Source: Candidatus Bathyarchaeota archaeon (GTDB lineage Archaea > Thermoproteota > Bathyarchaeia > TCS64). Taken from it: a DNA stretch of 64,000 bases. The position numbers were made by a program, and so were the translations under genes. Shown in pieces: positions 62,958 to 64,000 of this stretch; positions within the stretch are counted from its first letter, which is position 1, and every line of letters starts with the position of its first letter. The notes beneath the pieces were generated by a model, which made no database searches, was not told the origin of the DNA, and saw only the letters and a list, made by a program, of their open reading frames with translations. The stretch covers positions 27,541-91,540 of the forward strand of contig JADHWN010000004.1 of the NCBI GenBank assembly GCA_016783455.1, given 5' to 3'.

Positions 62958-64000
62958 CTACTTGAGGCTGGTCACGCCTTCTGTGACTAACACATAGAGG
63001 GCTCCCAGGTTACACGCAAGCCCCGTCGTCGCGGCGATCTCGCCTAGCTCCGTGGCCGACTGGATCCCAAGCATCTTGATGACGACCCTTGCCGTCGGGT
63101 GCGTGGAGATAGCCCCCCCAATTATACCAACGGCCATTGGCATCTCTAGTTCACCGACCAGATTTCCATCGCCATTTTTACTCCATTTCGAGAGCGGTAG
63201 ATAGCGCCCCGAAAGAGCCGCATAGGCGTGAGCCCCCGCTTCAACGGCTCGCGTGTCGTTGCTCGTAGCCATGAGGACCGAGGAAACTCCATTCATTATG
63301 CCCTTGTTGTGGGTAGTGGCCCTGTAAGGGTCGGCAGCGGCAAATAAGTAGGCCTTGACGATGTCATCTACGACTTCGTTTCCTCCCAGGATCTCAGCCT
63401 CTATCACTGTTTCGACTTTTACGAGCCTCTCTGTCGAAAGGTTGGAGAGTATCCTCAAGCCTACCTTTCCCTGCGTGAGGGATGCTATCAAGGGAGTGAC
63501 CTTCTCGCACATGGAATTAATGATGAGGGCACCCATCGAGTCTTTAACGTCCACGAGCAGTTCGACGATGAGCATGGGTCCCGCCTCACTCTCTATGCTT
63601 CGGACGATGACGTCAGTGGCCTTCCGATGCCTAGAGAGGGTATTCACCTCTCTAAGTATCTCCTCCTTGTTAGCGAGAACCTGTTCTGTCGCTTTTACGA
63701 TGTCTGGTACTTCAAGTACTTGGATCTGACCTCTCATGATGGATCCGGTGCTGCTTGTCTTGAAGCCACCTGAAGGATTACTTAGCTCCACACCCTTTCG
63801 TGCCATGGCGAAGATAGTTCTTTGTTCAGTAGCTAGGGGGACGATGTATTTTCTACGATTTACTACGAGACCTGGGATGATTCTTAATGTTCGAGACGTG
63901 ACGCCTACGACGTTCTCGCTCATTCTGTCAGCTGATTCGAGGGTCAATCCCCCAGAACCCGAGAGGATTTTTAATTCATCATCGGTCAGATCGGTGAGCT
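62958..64000 (-). CDS. class-II HMG-CoA reductase-like protein (5' end outside window, C-terminus short)
   Basis: ENVVGV, GGFKTSS, DVKDSMGA, THNKGIMNG, NDTRAVEAGAHAY and MPMAVGIIGG align by eye with class-II enzymes. The frame is open to the window edge. Confidence 0.75.
   Translation of the reverse strand, partial: LTDLTDDELKILSGSGGLTLESADRMSENVVGVTSRTLRIIPGLVVNRRKYIVPLATEQRTIFAMARKGVELSNPSGGFKTSSTGSIMRGQIQVLEVPDIVKATEQVLANKEEILREVNTLSRHRKATDVIVRSIESEAGPMLIVELLVDVKDSMGALIINSMCEKVTPLIASLTQGKVGLRILSNLSTERLVKVETVIEAEILGGNEVVDDIVKAYLFAAADPYRATTHNKGIMNGVSSVLMATSNDTRAVEAGAHAYAALSGRYLPLSKWSKNGDGNLVGELEMPMAVGIIGGAISTHPTARVVIKMLGIQSATELGEIAATTGLACNLGALYVLVTEGVTSLK

Noticed and set aside
1-64000. Recoding candidates (Sec/Pyl) and inteins in the large ORFs.
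   Set aside because: The only in-frame stops inside otherwise protein-like sequence are in the three relics or frameshifted genes already listed. I saw no intein-like splice-junction blocks in the helicases, AspRS or other large ORFs.

Overview
This looks like an archaeal chromosomal segment of about 60% GC with short AT-rich spacers. The archaeal call rests on Alba, Pth2, an archaeal-type AspRS, a class-III-signal pilin, BRE/TATA-like boxes about 30-35 nt upstream of starts, and oligo-T tracts after stops. I call about 55 protein genes, 2 tRNAs (Asn-GTT, Thr-CGT) and 3 gene relics. I see no rRNA, no CRISPR array and no recognisable integrase or transposase. The left part is a housekeeping block (galM, pth2, aspS, NusA-like, alba, thiL) interrupted by a 1876-aa helicase-nuclease fusion that abuts tRNA-Asn. 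tRNA-Thr is followed by two degenerate direct copies of its own 3' end. These copies partition an AOR/beta-grasp block and a squalene/phytoene-synthase-like gene, and are followed by a soluble FtsH-like AAA protein with a broken HEXXH motif. The rest of the window is unusually rich in peptidases and cyclic-amide/amide hydrolases: two M14, M19, M24, an S49 fusion, an ATC-hydrolase-like gene, a hydantoin-racemase-like gene plus a relic, three tandem D-aminoacylase paralogues and another amidohydrolase. It also holds a NEW3-repeat surface protein with an ABC-2 transporter, an orphan cytoplasmic RdhA-like protein, a heterodimeric ABC exporter, desulfoferrodoxin, an XPD-like helicase and a C-terminally short class-II HMG-CoA-reductase-like gene at the right edge. 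All family names come from motif recognition by eye; nothing was searched against a database.
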